DNA of 64,000 nt, taken from positions 18,030 to 82,029 of the IMG/VR virus record IMGVR_UViG_3300020205_000565. One strand, given 5' to 3'. Both the position numbers and the translations under genes were made by a program. This DNA is from a virus. Below the pieces are notes generated by a model, which was not told where the DNA came from, did no database searches, and saw only the letters and a list, made by a program, of their open reading frames with translations. Shown here piece by piece: positions 39,060-48,104 of this stretch. Numbering within the stretch: position 1 is the stretch's first letter; each line of letters begins with the position of its first letter.

Positions 39060-41876
39060 TTAGCAGAGATAAGATAAGCAGGTTGGACAATCGTTATAAG
39101 CTACATCTACAGTTACTACTACTTGTGGTAAGAATGTAAATGTTTCTTCTATAGTAAAGCATATGTCAGGATATTCTACAAATGTTAGTATAGGTAGATT
39201 CTGGTTTGTACCGCCGGTTAAATATGATGACAAATCTGTAGTAGTTTGCAATAGTGGAGTAGTCTCTCCGCACCTTATTAAATTATAATAAGGGGTAACT
39301 TCGTTATCCTGATTACAATCTATACAGTCTGTATATGCCGTAATCTGATCAACGGTAATGTTTAAAGTAGTAGAATTAGTGCATGCGCTATTTAAACTTA
39401 CATATAGACATACTTCAACGCCTTCAATAAATATATACTGGTCTATAAACTGAGCCATAAAATCGTTATCCTGACCCGTAGTATTTACAGAGGCATATAC
39501 TGTATTATCAGCGCAGTTGATTAAATCATAGCAACAGGTATTAAACGGTATTGCCGATACACAGTTACAATAATAAACTAGTGTTGTTGGATCCTGTATT
39601 ATTTGACAAGGGTTCGTACACGTTAAAGACGACTGTGAAATAGCACAAACTATTGACGCCGATATAGATAGGCCTATTCCAGCATATGCACTAGGAATAA
39701 GATCAGTTTGATAATAATCCGGTAAGCCTGAAACAGCATTACTAGGGAATTTATCTGACGTTGTATAACTTCCATTCCAGCTTGGGCAAGTTCCAATATT
39801 TATTTCACCAGCAGTTTGTGAAATGTTATCACCACCATCTTTTAAAACATTTCCAAAAATAGATGAGTTATCTAAATAGCAAGGTGTTACTAAGTCTGTT
39901 GGATCTATTCCAACAAAAGCGCCTTTAGTAATATTTTGCTCTATAGTTTGTCCTGTAATTAATAATGTTATTTCAGTTGATCCTCCACTTCCTACATTAG
40001 GTACAGCAGTTCCCGCTTTAATTTCTTGAGCTAAATCCATTGTAGCAATGTAATCAGCAAGTCTTCTATTTTGATAAGTAGTTTGAATGATGCTGGTAAT
40101 ATCATTTACACCATAGAATCCGCATACCTGATTTGCAGGAGTAGTTCCAAATGATGTTATAATAGCTGGTAATGTAACACCATAATTCGTAAGTAAGGCA
40201 TTAGGATCAATATAATTAGGCCAACCATCTGTCACAAATAAAATCTTTTTATTTGCAGCAGGTCTACTATTTGTTCCCCAAACTACATCATAACCCCTAC
40301 CTAAACCCGCAAAACTATTTGTAAAACCGATTCCCTGCGTAGGAAGTATTCCATATATATCAGGAGTAGTTCCTGAGGCTCCTGCTAAGGGGAGACCCAT
40401 AGCATTAATTGCATTTTTAAGTAATCCCGCATTAGATACAGTACCCGCCGGAGAATTATTAGCTCCTCCTGATTCCCAGGCTGTTGGGCCGTAATTTAAA
40501 CTAACGCCTCCCACTGTTGCATAAGAAGCTGCATCAAAGAATACAACTCCTACTCTAATGTCTCCAGAAGTAATTCGACCTAAGCTGTTCGCAAGAGTAT
40601 TTAAGTTGCCATTAATGTCATATCCCATCTCTAGACCATCAACAATACTCCTAAGCATATTCTTATACTCCGGCATTTCTTCTTGAGTAATAGATCCTGA
40701 GATATCTATAACTATTGCTACATCAGTTTCACAAGCTACAGGATTTGTCCCTTCGCAATCACCTGTTACTGGATTATATACTAACCCCTCTGGACACATT
40801 GGGGTATTACTAATACATTGTTGGGATGTCTCATCCCATGAGAAACCTGGTTCACATCCGCAGCCTACTATAGCCGATACAGCCGGAAACATTGGGAAAA
40901 ATGTAGGATCAGTATTTGTATTATTAATATTACTACCGTTATCAGCTGTATAAAATATATCTGTTCCATTACCTACAGCAAATCCTTTACCACTTAAGTA
41001 AAAATCTATTCCACTAAGATTGGGCCCACCAAAATCATAAACTGTAGTAGGTGTTGTAGCAAAGTCATCTGTAGTAGCATATAATTTTGTACGGCTATTT
41101 ACGTAGAGCGTTCCTTCAGCATAGCTTATGTTTTTAATACTCGTAACTACAAAATGCGCATCAGGAAATGAATAAATTAAAGTAAATGCTGCGGACGCCA
41201 CTGACCTATATACACCGTCTAAAGTAACAGCATACAATGTATCTGTTGCTAGGACATAGTGTAGGGCGCCTACAATATTAGATGCCCCAGGAGTTCCAAG
41301 TAAGGCAAATGACGCAGCATTATCTATACTTTTAAATACTCTTGTTGGATTTAGTGCCGTACCTAAACCTACTGCTGCATATACATTTATATCGTCTCCT
41401 GCTAGCGCATAAATCTCAGGATTTCCTGAACCATAAATTGCTGCTGAAGTAATAGTAGTATTAAATCCTCCGGCAGGATTTGATGTAATACGTTTTAATA
41501 TATAAGCAATAGTTGGTTGGTTGCTTGCTGCCGTATAAGCATTAAGCCCATCCTCTGTAAAAAGAGTAGTATTATAACCACCTATAGATGAGCCGACAGG
41601 TACCGTACTTGCCCAAGTGCCTGGGGCAGGAGCAAACGCTGTAGTACCACCATCGTAAGAAATAACAATACCAGGATGTGTTAATGCAGTTAAATATGAC
41701 GTAGTGCATACAACAGTATTTGAATCATCGGGGCTTACTATTAACCCTGCTATTATCCCATCATACTGAGGAAAGTACGATGTGTAAGTCCAAGTTGCCC
41801 CTAAATCATTAGAGTATTTAAGTTGACCTTTACCACCAGCATCTATTCCCGATACATATACTTTTACTGCAGACAT
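39060..41876 (-). CDS. Appendage/adhesin: Asp-box beta-propeller, Cys modules, vWA (MIDAS) domain and Cys repeats
   Basis: Asp boxes SNDLGATW, SYDGGTT, SIDNAASF and TADNGSN; MIDAS motif IVIDISGS...TNS...LFVTDGWPN; Cys modules CEPGFSWD..C and CPEGLVYNP..C. Confidence 0.7.
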   Translation of the reverse strand: MSAVKVYVSGIDAGGKGQLKYSNDLGATWTYTSYFPQYDGIIAGLIVSPDDSNTVVCTTSYLTALTHPGIVISYDGGTTAFAPAPGTWASTVPVGSSIGGYNTTLFTEDGLNAYTAASNQPTIAYILKRITSNPAGGFNTTITSAAIYGSGNPEIYALAGDDINVYAAVGLGTALNPTRVFKSIDNAASFALLGTPGASNIVGALHYVLATDTLYAVTLDGVYRSVASAAFTLIYSFPDAHFVVTSIKNISYAEGTLYVNSRTKLYATTDDFATTPTTVYDFGGPNLSGIDFYLSGKGFAVGNGTDIFYTADNGSNINNTNTDPTFFPMFPAVSAIVGCGCEPGFSWDETSQQCISNTPMCPEGLVYNPVTGDCEGTNPVACETDVAIVIDISGSITQEEMPEYKNMLRSIVDGLEMGYDINGNLNTLANSLGRITSGDIRVGVVFFDAASYATVGGVSLNYGPTAWESGGANNSPAGTVSNAGLLKNAINAMGLPLAGASGTTPDIYGILPTQGIGFTNSFAGLGRGYDVVWGTNSRPAANKKILFVTDGWPNYIDPNALLTNYGVTLPAIITSFGTTPANQVCGFYGVNDITSIIQTTYQNRRLADYIATMDLAQEIKAGTAVPNVGSGGSTEITLLITGQTIEQNITKGAFVGIDPTDLVTPCYLDNSSIFGNVLKDGGDNISQTAGEINIGTCPSWNGSYTTSDKFPSNAVSGLPDYYQTDLIPSAYAGIGLSISASIVCAISQSSLTCTNPCQIIQDPTTLVYYCNCVSAIPFNTCCYDLINCADNTVYASVNTTGQDNDFMAQFIDQYIFIEGVEVCLYVSLNSACTNSTTLNITVDQITAYTDCIDCNQDNEVTPYYNLIRCGETTPLLQTTTDLSSYLTGGTNQNLPILTFVEYPDICFTIEETFTFLPQVVVTVDVAYNDCPTCLSYLC

Positions 41877-41878
41877 AT

Positions 41879-42025
41879 TTAAGTTGTTTGTGGCAAAGCA
41901 GACTTTGGAGCCGGCTTAGCCTGTAATTGTTTAATACAGTTTGTACATCCTTGTTTTCCGTCAGGTGTTACTCTTTTCTGACATCCGCAGGACATCATAT
42001 TTCCGCAGTTTGAACATTTTGCCAT
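41879..42025 (-). CDS. 48-aa Cys-rich metal-binding peptide (CxxC-CxC-CxxC)
   Basis: Manual translation MAKCSNCGNMMSCGCQKRVTPDGKQGCTNCIKQLQAKPAPKSALPQTT. It fills the intergenic gap and is shorter than any ORF in the track. Confidence 0.75.
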   Translation of the reverse strand: MAKCSNCGNMMSCGCQKRVTPDGKQGCTNCIKQLQAKPAPKSALPQTT

Positions 42026-42052
42026 TGAAGTAATATATTGGTTTTTAACTAA

Positions 42053-42625
42053 TTAGCAATTTCCGCATCCACAGCTACAAGCTAATTTATCTAGTCTCGT
42101 AAGCACATAATTATAAATAGCCATCCCCTGCGATGGAGAATGGCAATATTCTACTTTAGCTTTAGCTGCCTTAAGCATAGTAGTAAGAAGTTGTACTTCT
42201 TGTAGTTTCGCTTTAATAGGAGCCTGAGGCTCGCAGTTTGGTACATCTAGACAACATAGAAGCTCATTGATTTTATTCATCGCCTCTGTAGTCCTCAGAT
42301 GGTTATATTCCACATAAACAAATTGGTGTGGGGCTACGCTATATCTAATAACATAAACTCCATCTACAACATTGTTTCTATAGCTATCGCAGTTAGTAGT
42401 TTGTGTATCTAATCCACAAGCTGTGATATTAACATCAAAGCTGCTTGTCGTACTAACGGTACCAAGGTCTTCAAATACGGAAGCCGTGGTAAAACCAGGA
42501 CAAGTTATCTCTAATCGAGGACATTCAATAGGTACGTTAATATTGTACGTACTTGTATCTACTATACGAATTACGCAAGTAGTTAACGTATCTGGAATAT
42601 CTAAAGATAATAAGTGTTGTGCCAT
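42053..42625 (-). CDS. Tail hub / fibre-attachment-like protein
   Basis: IVDTSTY...LEITCPG...DGVYVIRYSV pattern and synteny. Confidence 0.5.
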   Translation of the reverse strand: MAQHLLSLDIPDTLTTCVIRIVDTSTYNINVPIECPRLEITCPGFTTASVFEDLGTVSTTSSFDVNITACGLDTQTTNCDSYRNNVVDGVYVIRYSVAPHQFVYVEYNHLRTTEAMNKINELLCCLDVPNCEPQAPIKAKLQEVQLLTTMLKAAKAKVEYCHSPSQGMAIYNYVLTRLDKLACSCGCGNC

Positions 42626-42654
42626 AGTACTAAGTTACAAAGATATAGTGTAAA

Positions 42655-42696
42655 AATAAAAAAGGGAAGGAGTTTTTTTTGGCTCCCTCCCTTTTT
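42655..42696 (-). terminator. Intrinsic terminator (possibly bidirectional)
   Basis: AAAAAGGGAGGGAG...CTCCTTCCCTTTTTT on the minus strand. Confidence 0.8.
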
Positions 42697-42713
42697 AAAA
42701 GTATTAGTTAAGA

Positions 42714-44225
42714 TTATCTTTCGTTGTTCTGGTTAGGATCAACTGGTGTGCAAGTCTCTGGACAGTTATAAGGAGTCATGCTCTCACAAGCGCCACAGTT
42801 CTCTAACCAGGTATTTACAAACTTTTCAAAGTCTATCAATGATGGGTCAAAGAATGTGATTAGATCACCTTCTGAATAAGTACTATAATCACCTGTAACA
42901 GTAATTGTAGTACCAGTGATTCCAGCAATGATACCATCATCATCAAATCCAGTACCATCGTATAGAAAACCGACTCCTCCGCCTACGTAAGCACCTAGGG
43001 TAGATTCTACAGTAAATGTAGTTAAACCAGTTCCTGCATTATATGTAGGATTAGATGTAGCAACTGTATTCAATTGTGGAGCACCAGCGATCTCTAACAA
43101 GTACTGCTCATTATCAAATGTTCCAGTTGGGTTGTTAAAGCGAGGTACACTATGTTGGATATAGTAACTAGTGTAGTACGATGTACGGCTAATTGCTGCA
43201 GTAACGTCATTACCGTTAGTGATCTCACGAATACGTAAGTCAGTTCCAGTATAGAAAGGTTGTTGCATGTAACCTTCGGTTAAGATAAGTTCACGAATAA
43301 CATTTTCTCCTGTTCCTTTTAACTGAATTGGTTGACATTTATCATTTTCACAAAGACCTGTAAAAGCACAAGGATCTCCGTTAAGATCTACTTCAGAAGC
43401 ATAAAGCTTAACTGGCTCCAAGAATGATATAATAGAATCATTAGGGTAGAAAGTACAATCTTGGAAACGAGTATCAGCATAAGCTCCAGTGATAATTAAA
43501 CCAGCAAGAGTGTTCTCATCTGTTCCTGGAGGGAAAGCAGCACCTTCTAAAGTATAAGGTAACAATGCTTCAGCAGTTGTGCTATCGTCAGTATTAACTG
43601 GTTCGAATGCCTGCCAAGTCAATCCAGCATCAGTAGAGTAAGTAATTGTTACGTGGATGAATGGGTTAATCAAAATGCTATTCAAGAAGTCATAAGCCCA
43701 TTTAGTGTAAACAATTAAAGGGTTAACAGCTACTGGAGCAATTGCATCATCAGGACAACATCCTGTGTAAGCACCAGAAGTGTAGTAAGAGTTACGAGTT
43801 AAGTAACGTAATGCAGGTGATCCTTTAATATCCAAACGCAAAGAATAAGTTTCTCCACATAAGAATTGCTTAGCGCAAGTTCCTTCATAATTGTCTCCGT
43901 TAGCGCCTACAGTAATCTGTGCTTGCTGTGGAGTACAAGGAAGAACCTTGTAGAAGCGGTGTACATACTTAGGGTTGATAGTCTTAGACTTTACAGACTC
44001 GGAATATCCACCGTGGAATTTACCAATTTTGTCATTTGGATGAATAGATGCAGAAACTAAAACTGCTGGGCAGCATCCTTCAGGAGCTGACTCAAACTGT
44101 TTCCAAGTTTTAGGATCATAAAATGCAAATTGTCCAAGAGTAAGCTCGTTGGTAGCATCACCATTTGTTACGAAACCAGCGGTCCCGACAAAGGTTTTGT
44201 TAAAGGCATGATTAAAATAAGCCAT
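42714..44225 (-). CDS. Structural protein, probably auxiliary capsid protein
   Basis: Has its own promoter-like motif and terminator. VKSKTINPKYV...CGETYSLRLDIKG pattern and synteny downstream of the major capsid protein. Confidence 0.5.
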   Translation of the reverse strand: MAYFNHAFNKTFVGTAGFVTNGDATNELTLGQFAFYDPKTWKQFESAPEGCCPAVLVSASIHPNDKIGKFHGGYSESVKSKTINPKYVHRFYKVLPCTPQQAQITVGANGDNYEGTCAKQFLCGETYSLRLDIKGSPALRYLTRNSYYTSGAYTGCCPDDAIAPVAVNPLIVYTKWAYDFLNSILINPFIHVTITYSTDAGLTWQAFEPVNTDDSTTAEALLPYTLEGAAFPPGTDENTLAGLIITGAYADTRFQDCTFYPNDSIISFLEPVKLYASEVDLNGDPCAFTGLCENDKCQPIQLKGTGENVIRELILTEGYMQQPFYTGTDLRIREITNGNDVTAAISRTSYYTSYYIQHSVPRFNNPTGTFDNEQYLLEIAGAPQLNTVATSNPTYNAGTGLTTFTVESTLGAYVGGGVGFLYDGTGFDDDGIIAGITGTTITVTGDYSTYSEGDLITFFDPSLIDFEKFVNTWLENCGACESMTPYNCPETCTPVDPNQNNER

Positions 44226-44292
44226 GTTTTTTGTTTTTAAGGGTTATAAATATATATTTAATATAAGGAAAGTTTTTGTTCCTTCCAAATTT

Positions 44293-44886
44293 TTACAAAT
44301 AATCTTTCATCTCGTGGTCCAGTAAGCGCATTGCTGTCTTATCTGTACCAAAAGCATTTAACTGGTCAACCCAGTTCTGCATCTTGTTATGCTCCTCTAC
44401 CTGTTCTTTTAAATAAGCTAAAGCAAACTCATATAACATATGGTCCGCTTTCTTCATAGCGTCACCTGCTAAATCTTTGATCTGCTTAGTCACAGTGATC
44501 TCATGATCATAAGACATCTGTATAATTTCAGGAAGACCGTTAAAGGTTTGGTTAGGCGAATCTAGTTTTGGGGTAAGCGGTTGTACTCCCATGGATAATA
44601 AGTAGGTTCTTGCTAAGTCTGAATGAGACATCTCTTCATTAGAGTATCTGCGCCATAGTTTAGCAGCATTAACATAACCGTTGTTATCTAACCACATCGA
44701 CATAGCCAAGTATATTCTACCTGAGTATTCCTCTTGTTGTACACGATAGTTTAGATACTCTACACAGTCATCTGATAAAAGTATGTTCTTACCTTTTGTA
44801 GATGGTGCTTTCTTTATAGTTGATGCGGCAGGACTGGTAATACCTACTACTTCTCGCTTCAATAAATTTCTCGGTTGTTCCGCCAT
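44293..44886 (-). CDS. ftn: Ferritin (non-haem Ftn-like) with an N-terminal extension
   Basis: EEYS..IYLAMSMWL...EEMSH...HE...EQVEE matches the ferroxidase-centre pattern of FtnA. Confidence 0.85.
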   Translation of the reverse strand: MAEQPRNLLKREVVGITSPAASTIKKAPSTKGKNILLSDDCVEYLNYRVQQEEYSGRIYLAMSMWLDNNGYVNAAKLWRRYSNEEMSHSDLARTYLLSMGVQPLTPKLDSPNQTFNGLPEIIQMSYDHEITVTKQIKDLAGDAMKKADHMLYEFALAYLKEQVEEHNKMQNWVDQLNAFGTDKTAMRLLDHEMKDYL

Positions 44887-44898
44887 TATTTCTAGTTA

Positions 44899-45606
44899 TT
44901 AAGTGTTTTCTTCTCCAGATGATTTAGCAATCGAGTATTGATTCATAGACTCAATATCTCCTGCAAGTACCTGTACTGTTTCATCTATAAGTACTTCTAT
45001 AATATTATCTGCAAATTCGCAAATAATATCAGCAGTAGATACCTGTAATGTGTAAGGGTCAGTACAGCCCTCTATCTGAATTAGGACAGGATTCCTATAG
45101 TACATCAGATAACAGTTAACAACTTCAAAGTCGTTATCATTATATATACGTACTCTATCTCCTACAAGAGTACAGAATGTTTCTCCCCATTCAAAACTAG
45201 GCTTACGTAAATAATCCTGTAGGTAAACGGGAACATTCTGTTCTTCAGCAAGATAAGTAACGGTTATACTCTGTGGATCTTCGCAACATCCTTTTCTAGC
45301 ATTAGCGTCTATACGCTTAAACTGTAGATAGTCTGCTGGAAAAAGTTCAGTTTCTTGGTATAGGTTTTTTGGATAAAGTTCTACCAATACCTCTTTTAGT
45401 AAGTTCTGAAGATCATCTACTTTACGGGTAGACTGTTCATCTCCTTGCTTTTCAGCATTCATACCAATAAGTTGGCGACGGACCCATTGAATCTGTGCCT
45501 TATTAAAGGCCTCTACAATTTGCCAGCATTCGAAGTTATCGTAATCATTGCTGGCAAGCTTATTAAGTCGTTGCTTAATCTTAAGCTGTAGAGTAGTATT
45601 GTTCAT
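44899..45606 (-). CDS. Head-tail connector / ring protein
   Basis: AFNKAQ...DDLQNLL...P.DYL...YYRNP...CEF pattern seen in crAss ring proteins. Confidence 0.65.
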   Translation of the reverse strand: MNNTTLQLKIKQRLNKLASNDYDNFECWQIVEAFNKAQIQWVRRQLIGMNAEKQGDEQSTRKVDDLQNLLKEVLVELYPKNLYQETELFPADYLQFKRIDANARKGCCEDPQSITVTYLAEEQNVPVYLQDYLRKPSFEWGETFCTLVGDRVRIYNDNDFEVVNCYLMYYRNPVLIQIEGCTDPYTLQVSTADIICEFADNIIEVLIDETVQVLAGDIESMNQYSIAKSSGEENT

Positions 45607-45803
45607 TATCCGTTAACGCGTTTCAAGTTTGGGTTTGCTTTTTTAGCAGCAGAAGAAGCCTTACGAGCAGCAGAAGCTAAGATAGCTCCAGCAGCTGCTT
45701 TAGACACACCTTGCTTTTTTGCAATACTTGATTGTACTGCTTTAAATCCTGGATGACTTCCTCCTTTTTTATAGGATCCGCCACATTTTGCACAACCTGC
45801 CAT
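45606..45803 (-). CDS. Small Lys/Ala-rich basic protein
   Basis: CAKCGG, YKKGG, TAATG coupling to the next gene. Confidence 0.7.
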   Translation of the reverse strand: MAGCAKCGGSYKKGGSHPGFKAVQSSIAKKQGVSKAAAGAILASAARKASSAAKKANPNLKRVNG

Positions 45804-45815
45804 AGTACTATAGTT

Positions 45816-46064
45816 TTAACATTTCCATTTTCTAAGCGACTTGTTGATTCTGCTATCAGGATCATTAGCCGTTTTTGTGCTAGTAAGCTTCTTCTTCATA
45901 CCAGACATTCTAGCACAGAAGCTTTTCTTTCTAGAACCACCTTCAGGTTGAGGAGCTTTCAGGTTCCCGCCTGTTTCTTTATTATAAGAAGCACGCCCTT
46001 TAGCGTTGAGGCCTCCGCTTGGAGCCTTACCTTCTTTTCTTTGCCACGCTGGACTTTTTGCCAT
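45816..46064 (-). CDS. Small basic phage protein (RKKSFCARM...RKWKC type)
   Basis: Motif type that I recognise as common in aquatic phages. Confidence 0.7.
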   Translation of the reverse strand: MAKSPAWQRKEGKAPSGGLNAKGRASYNKETGGNLKAPQPEGGSRKKSFCARMSGMKKKLTSTKTANDPDSRINKSLRKWKC

Positions 46065-46290
46065 TGTCTTTAGGATAAGGATTTTCTTTATGCCATTTCT
46101 TTGTGGCAGCTACTCCCTGTTTAACAGTCTTAGCTCCCGCTTTCTTAGTAAGGTCTATCGTATCCCATTCGCCTTTATCTTTAGTAGGATGATTAACCAT
46201 GATGTTACCAACCTTACCTTCTCCTTGTTTAGTAGTCTTTTTATAGACTACATGCTTTTCACCGCCCGCAGATACTCTAGCTTTAGCCAT
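46027..46290 (-). CDS. Small basic protein
   Basis: Lys-rich ORF with a TAATG-coupled start. Confidence 0.65.
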   Translation of the reverse strand: MAKARVSAGGEKHVVYKKTTKQGEGKVGNIMVNHPTKDKGEWDTIDLTKKAGAKTVKQGVAATKKWHKENPYPKDNGKKSSVAKKRR

Positions 46291-46436
46291 TACTTCTTAG
46301 CTTTAATCTTTTTTTCTTGCTTTAGCATTTCTGCTGTAGGTTTCTTTCCAGAACCTTTATTAGCACGGATGTTATCCCAGAGACCTCTCTGGGAAACACT
46401 ACCGTCCTTGCGTTTAAGCATTTCTTTTTTAGCCAT
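46290..46436 (-). CDS. 48-aa basic protein (GLWDNIR motif)
   Basis: Manual translation MAKKEMLKRKDGSVSQRGLWDNIRANKGSGKKPTAEMLKQEKKIKAKK; fills the gap exactly. Confidence 0.75.
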   Translation of the reverse strand: MAKKEMLKRKDGSVSQRGLWDNIRANKGSGKKPTAEMLKQEKKIKAKK

Positions 46437-46437
46437 G

Positions 46438-46656
46438 TTATTTTCCTTTTACCATACCGCCAAGCATTTTAATCTGCTCTTGTGCAAACTTCTTTACATC
46501 AGTCATCATCTTAGGATTGCTACGAATTTCTTCGGCACGACGTAAAGTATTCATAGCTGATTCAATTTCCCATTTACGCATCTCCGCTTTATTTGGAGAA
46601 GAAATGCTAATCGAAGCAGTAGATTTTTTAGGAGTAGCTGTTTTTTTTGCTGCCAT
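46438..46656 (-). CDS. Small basic protein
   Basis: ORF track; part of the tightly packed cluster. Confidence 0.7.
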   Translation of the reverse strand: MAAKKTATPKKSTASISISSPNKAEMRKWEIESAMNTLRRAEEIRSNPKMMTDVKKFAQEQIKMLGGMVKGK

Positions 46657-46658
46657 AG

Positions 46659-46781
46659 TTATTTCTTTTTAGGAAGTTCTACTAAACCACATTTAGAAGC
46701 GCCTCCTCCTGAAAATTTAGGAGGAGAGCCCTTCTTATAATGTACTAAATTTTTAGCTTCCTTGTTAGTAAGGATAGCCAT
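46659..46781 (-). CDS. 40-aa basic protein
   Basis: Manual translation MAILTNKEAKNLVHYKKGSPPKFSGGGASKCGLVELPKKK; TAATG-coupled. Confidence 0.65.
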   Translation of the reverse strand: MAILTNKEAKNLVHYKKGSPPKFSGGGASKCGLVELPKKK

Positions 46782-46969
46782 TAACGTCCTGGTTTAGGCT
46801 GTGGTTTATTAACTCCTCCAGATGATTTACCTGCAGATTTCTTAGTAGCAACTGCGTTAGCGTTTACGCCACCAGATGACTTACCAGCAGATTTTTTAAT
46901 AGCGTTAAATACGCCCATACTGTTTGGATTAGATTTTCCACCAATACCTTTTGCGCCTGAATTTTTCAT
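46781..46969 (-). CDS. Small basic Gly/Lys protein with an internal repeat
   Basis: KKSAGKSSGGVN occurs twice. Confidence 0.65.
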   Translation of the reverse strand: MKNSGAKGIGGKSNPNSMGVFNAIKKSAGKSSGGVNANAVATKKSAGKSSGGVNKPQPKPGR

Positions 46970-46996
46970 TTCTTTAAGTGTTTATATATAAGATAG

Positions 46997-48016
46997 TTAT
47001 TGATTCCAATATTTTTCTACTTTTTTTAATAAATCTACTAGAACGTCTTCGTGAAGAGGATTGTTTAAATACTCTACGGCATCTGCTTGATTACGTCCAA
47101 TAAGGATGTTCTTATCAGCAGTGTATACAAATCCATCAGCTTTTGTTACAATAAATTTATAGAAGGTGGCGTCCTTAACAAGTGCCTTTAACTTAAGTAT
47201 TTCCATAGCTAAGTTAGCAGAGTCTAAGAACATTTGTGCAGCGCGGTTAGCATTCTTTTCAGAACCTTGTCCACTAATGAAATTATCCATGTTATCATAA
47301 ACAACATCATTAGGCGTACTCTTTCTATACTGCGCGCTCGCGGTATCTACAATTTTAGCAACGTAAAGAAGTTTATTTGTATTCTTATCAAACAACTTCT
47401 GTAGTTCAGAAAGAGCTTTATTACGTAATTTCTTACTTTCTGTTTTAGTTGAAACGGTTTCAACGTGTCTGTCTAAGAAGAACTTAGGAACAGGCATCTT
47501 TGATCTAGCGTCATCGTAGCTTTTAGCTATGATGCTAAAACCTCCAGCATTAATAGCATAAAGTTTTACCAAGTCATAAGGATCTTTTGGATCCAAGTAG
47601 ATTGGCTCATTTCCAGCTTTAATTTCAATCTTTGACCAAAAAGCATCGTTATCTGGTCTAAGTAATTTTATTTTATTCCAGAATTCTTTATCATCAGGAT
47701 CAACTACGTTAGCAGCTAATTCTTTTTCAAGCTCTGCTACTACCGCTCTGATTTCACGAATCGTGGCTTCTCTTGTTTCAGGATCAGGAATGTTTTTAAT
47801 CTCTGGAGCAAATTCATTAAGTCCTGTTACATATCTCTTGATCCCGTTGAATTCAAGACAGGCTAGCTGTTCCATATGTTTGACTCCTTCGTAAAGAGAC
47901 ATACCATATTTCTCTAACCCCATGTTACTAATTCGATCATCGAAGTAGGGTTTAATTGCGATGGGACTTCTTTTAGTTTCAGAGTACCTCTCGACTTTTG
48001 TAAATGCTGTTGTCAT
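46997..48016 (-). CDS. Conserved crAss-like protein downstream of the major capsid protein
   Basis: YVTGL...FWS...LDP.DP.D pattern and synteny. Confidence 0.55.
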   Translation of the reverse strand: MTTAFTKVERYSETKRSPIAIKPYFDDRISNMGLEKYGMSLYEGVKHMEQLACLEFNGIKRYVTGLNEFAPEIKNIPDPETREATIREIRAVVAELEKELAANVVDPDDKEFWNKIKLLRPDNDAFWSKIEIKAGNEPIYLDPKDPYDLVKLYAINAGGFSIIAKSYDDARSKMPVPKFFLDRHVETVSTKTESKKLRNKALSELQKLFDKNTNKLLYVAKIVDTASAQYRKSTPNDVVYDNMDNFISGQGSEKNANRAAQMFLDSANLAMEILKLKALVKDATFYKFIVTKADGFVYTADKNILIGRNQADAVEYLNNPLHEDVLVDLLKKVEKYWNQ

Positions 48017-48054
48017 TTAGTTGGTTTTTATTAATTGGTTTTTGTAAAGGTAGT

Positions 48055-48084
48055 AAAAAAGGGGGAGATTTTAGCCTCCCCCCG
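48055..48084 (-). terminator. Intrinsic terminator after the major capsid protein gene
   Basis: GGGGGAGG-CTAAAA-TCTCCCCC-TTTTTT on the minus strand. Confidence 0.85.
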
Positions 48085-48104
48085 TTTTTACAGATTATTT
48101 AAGA

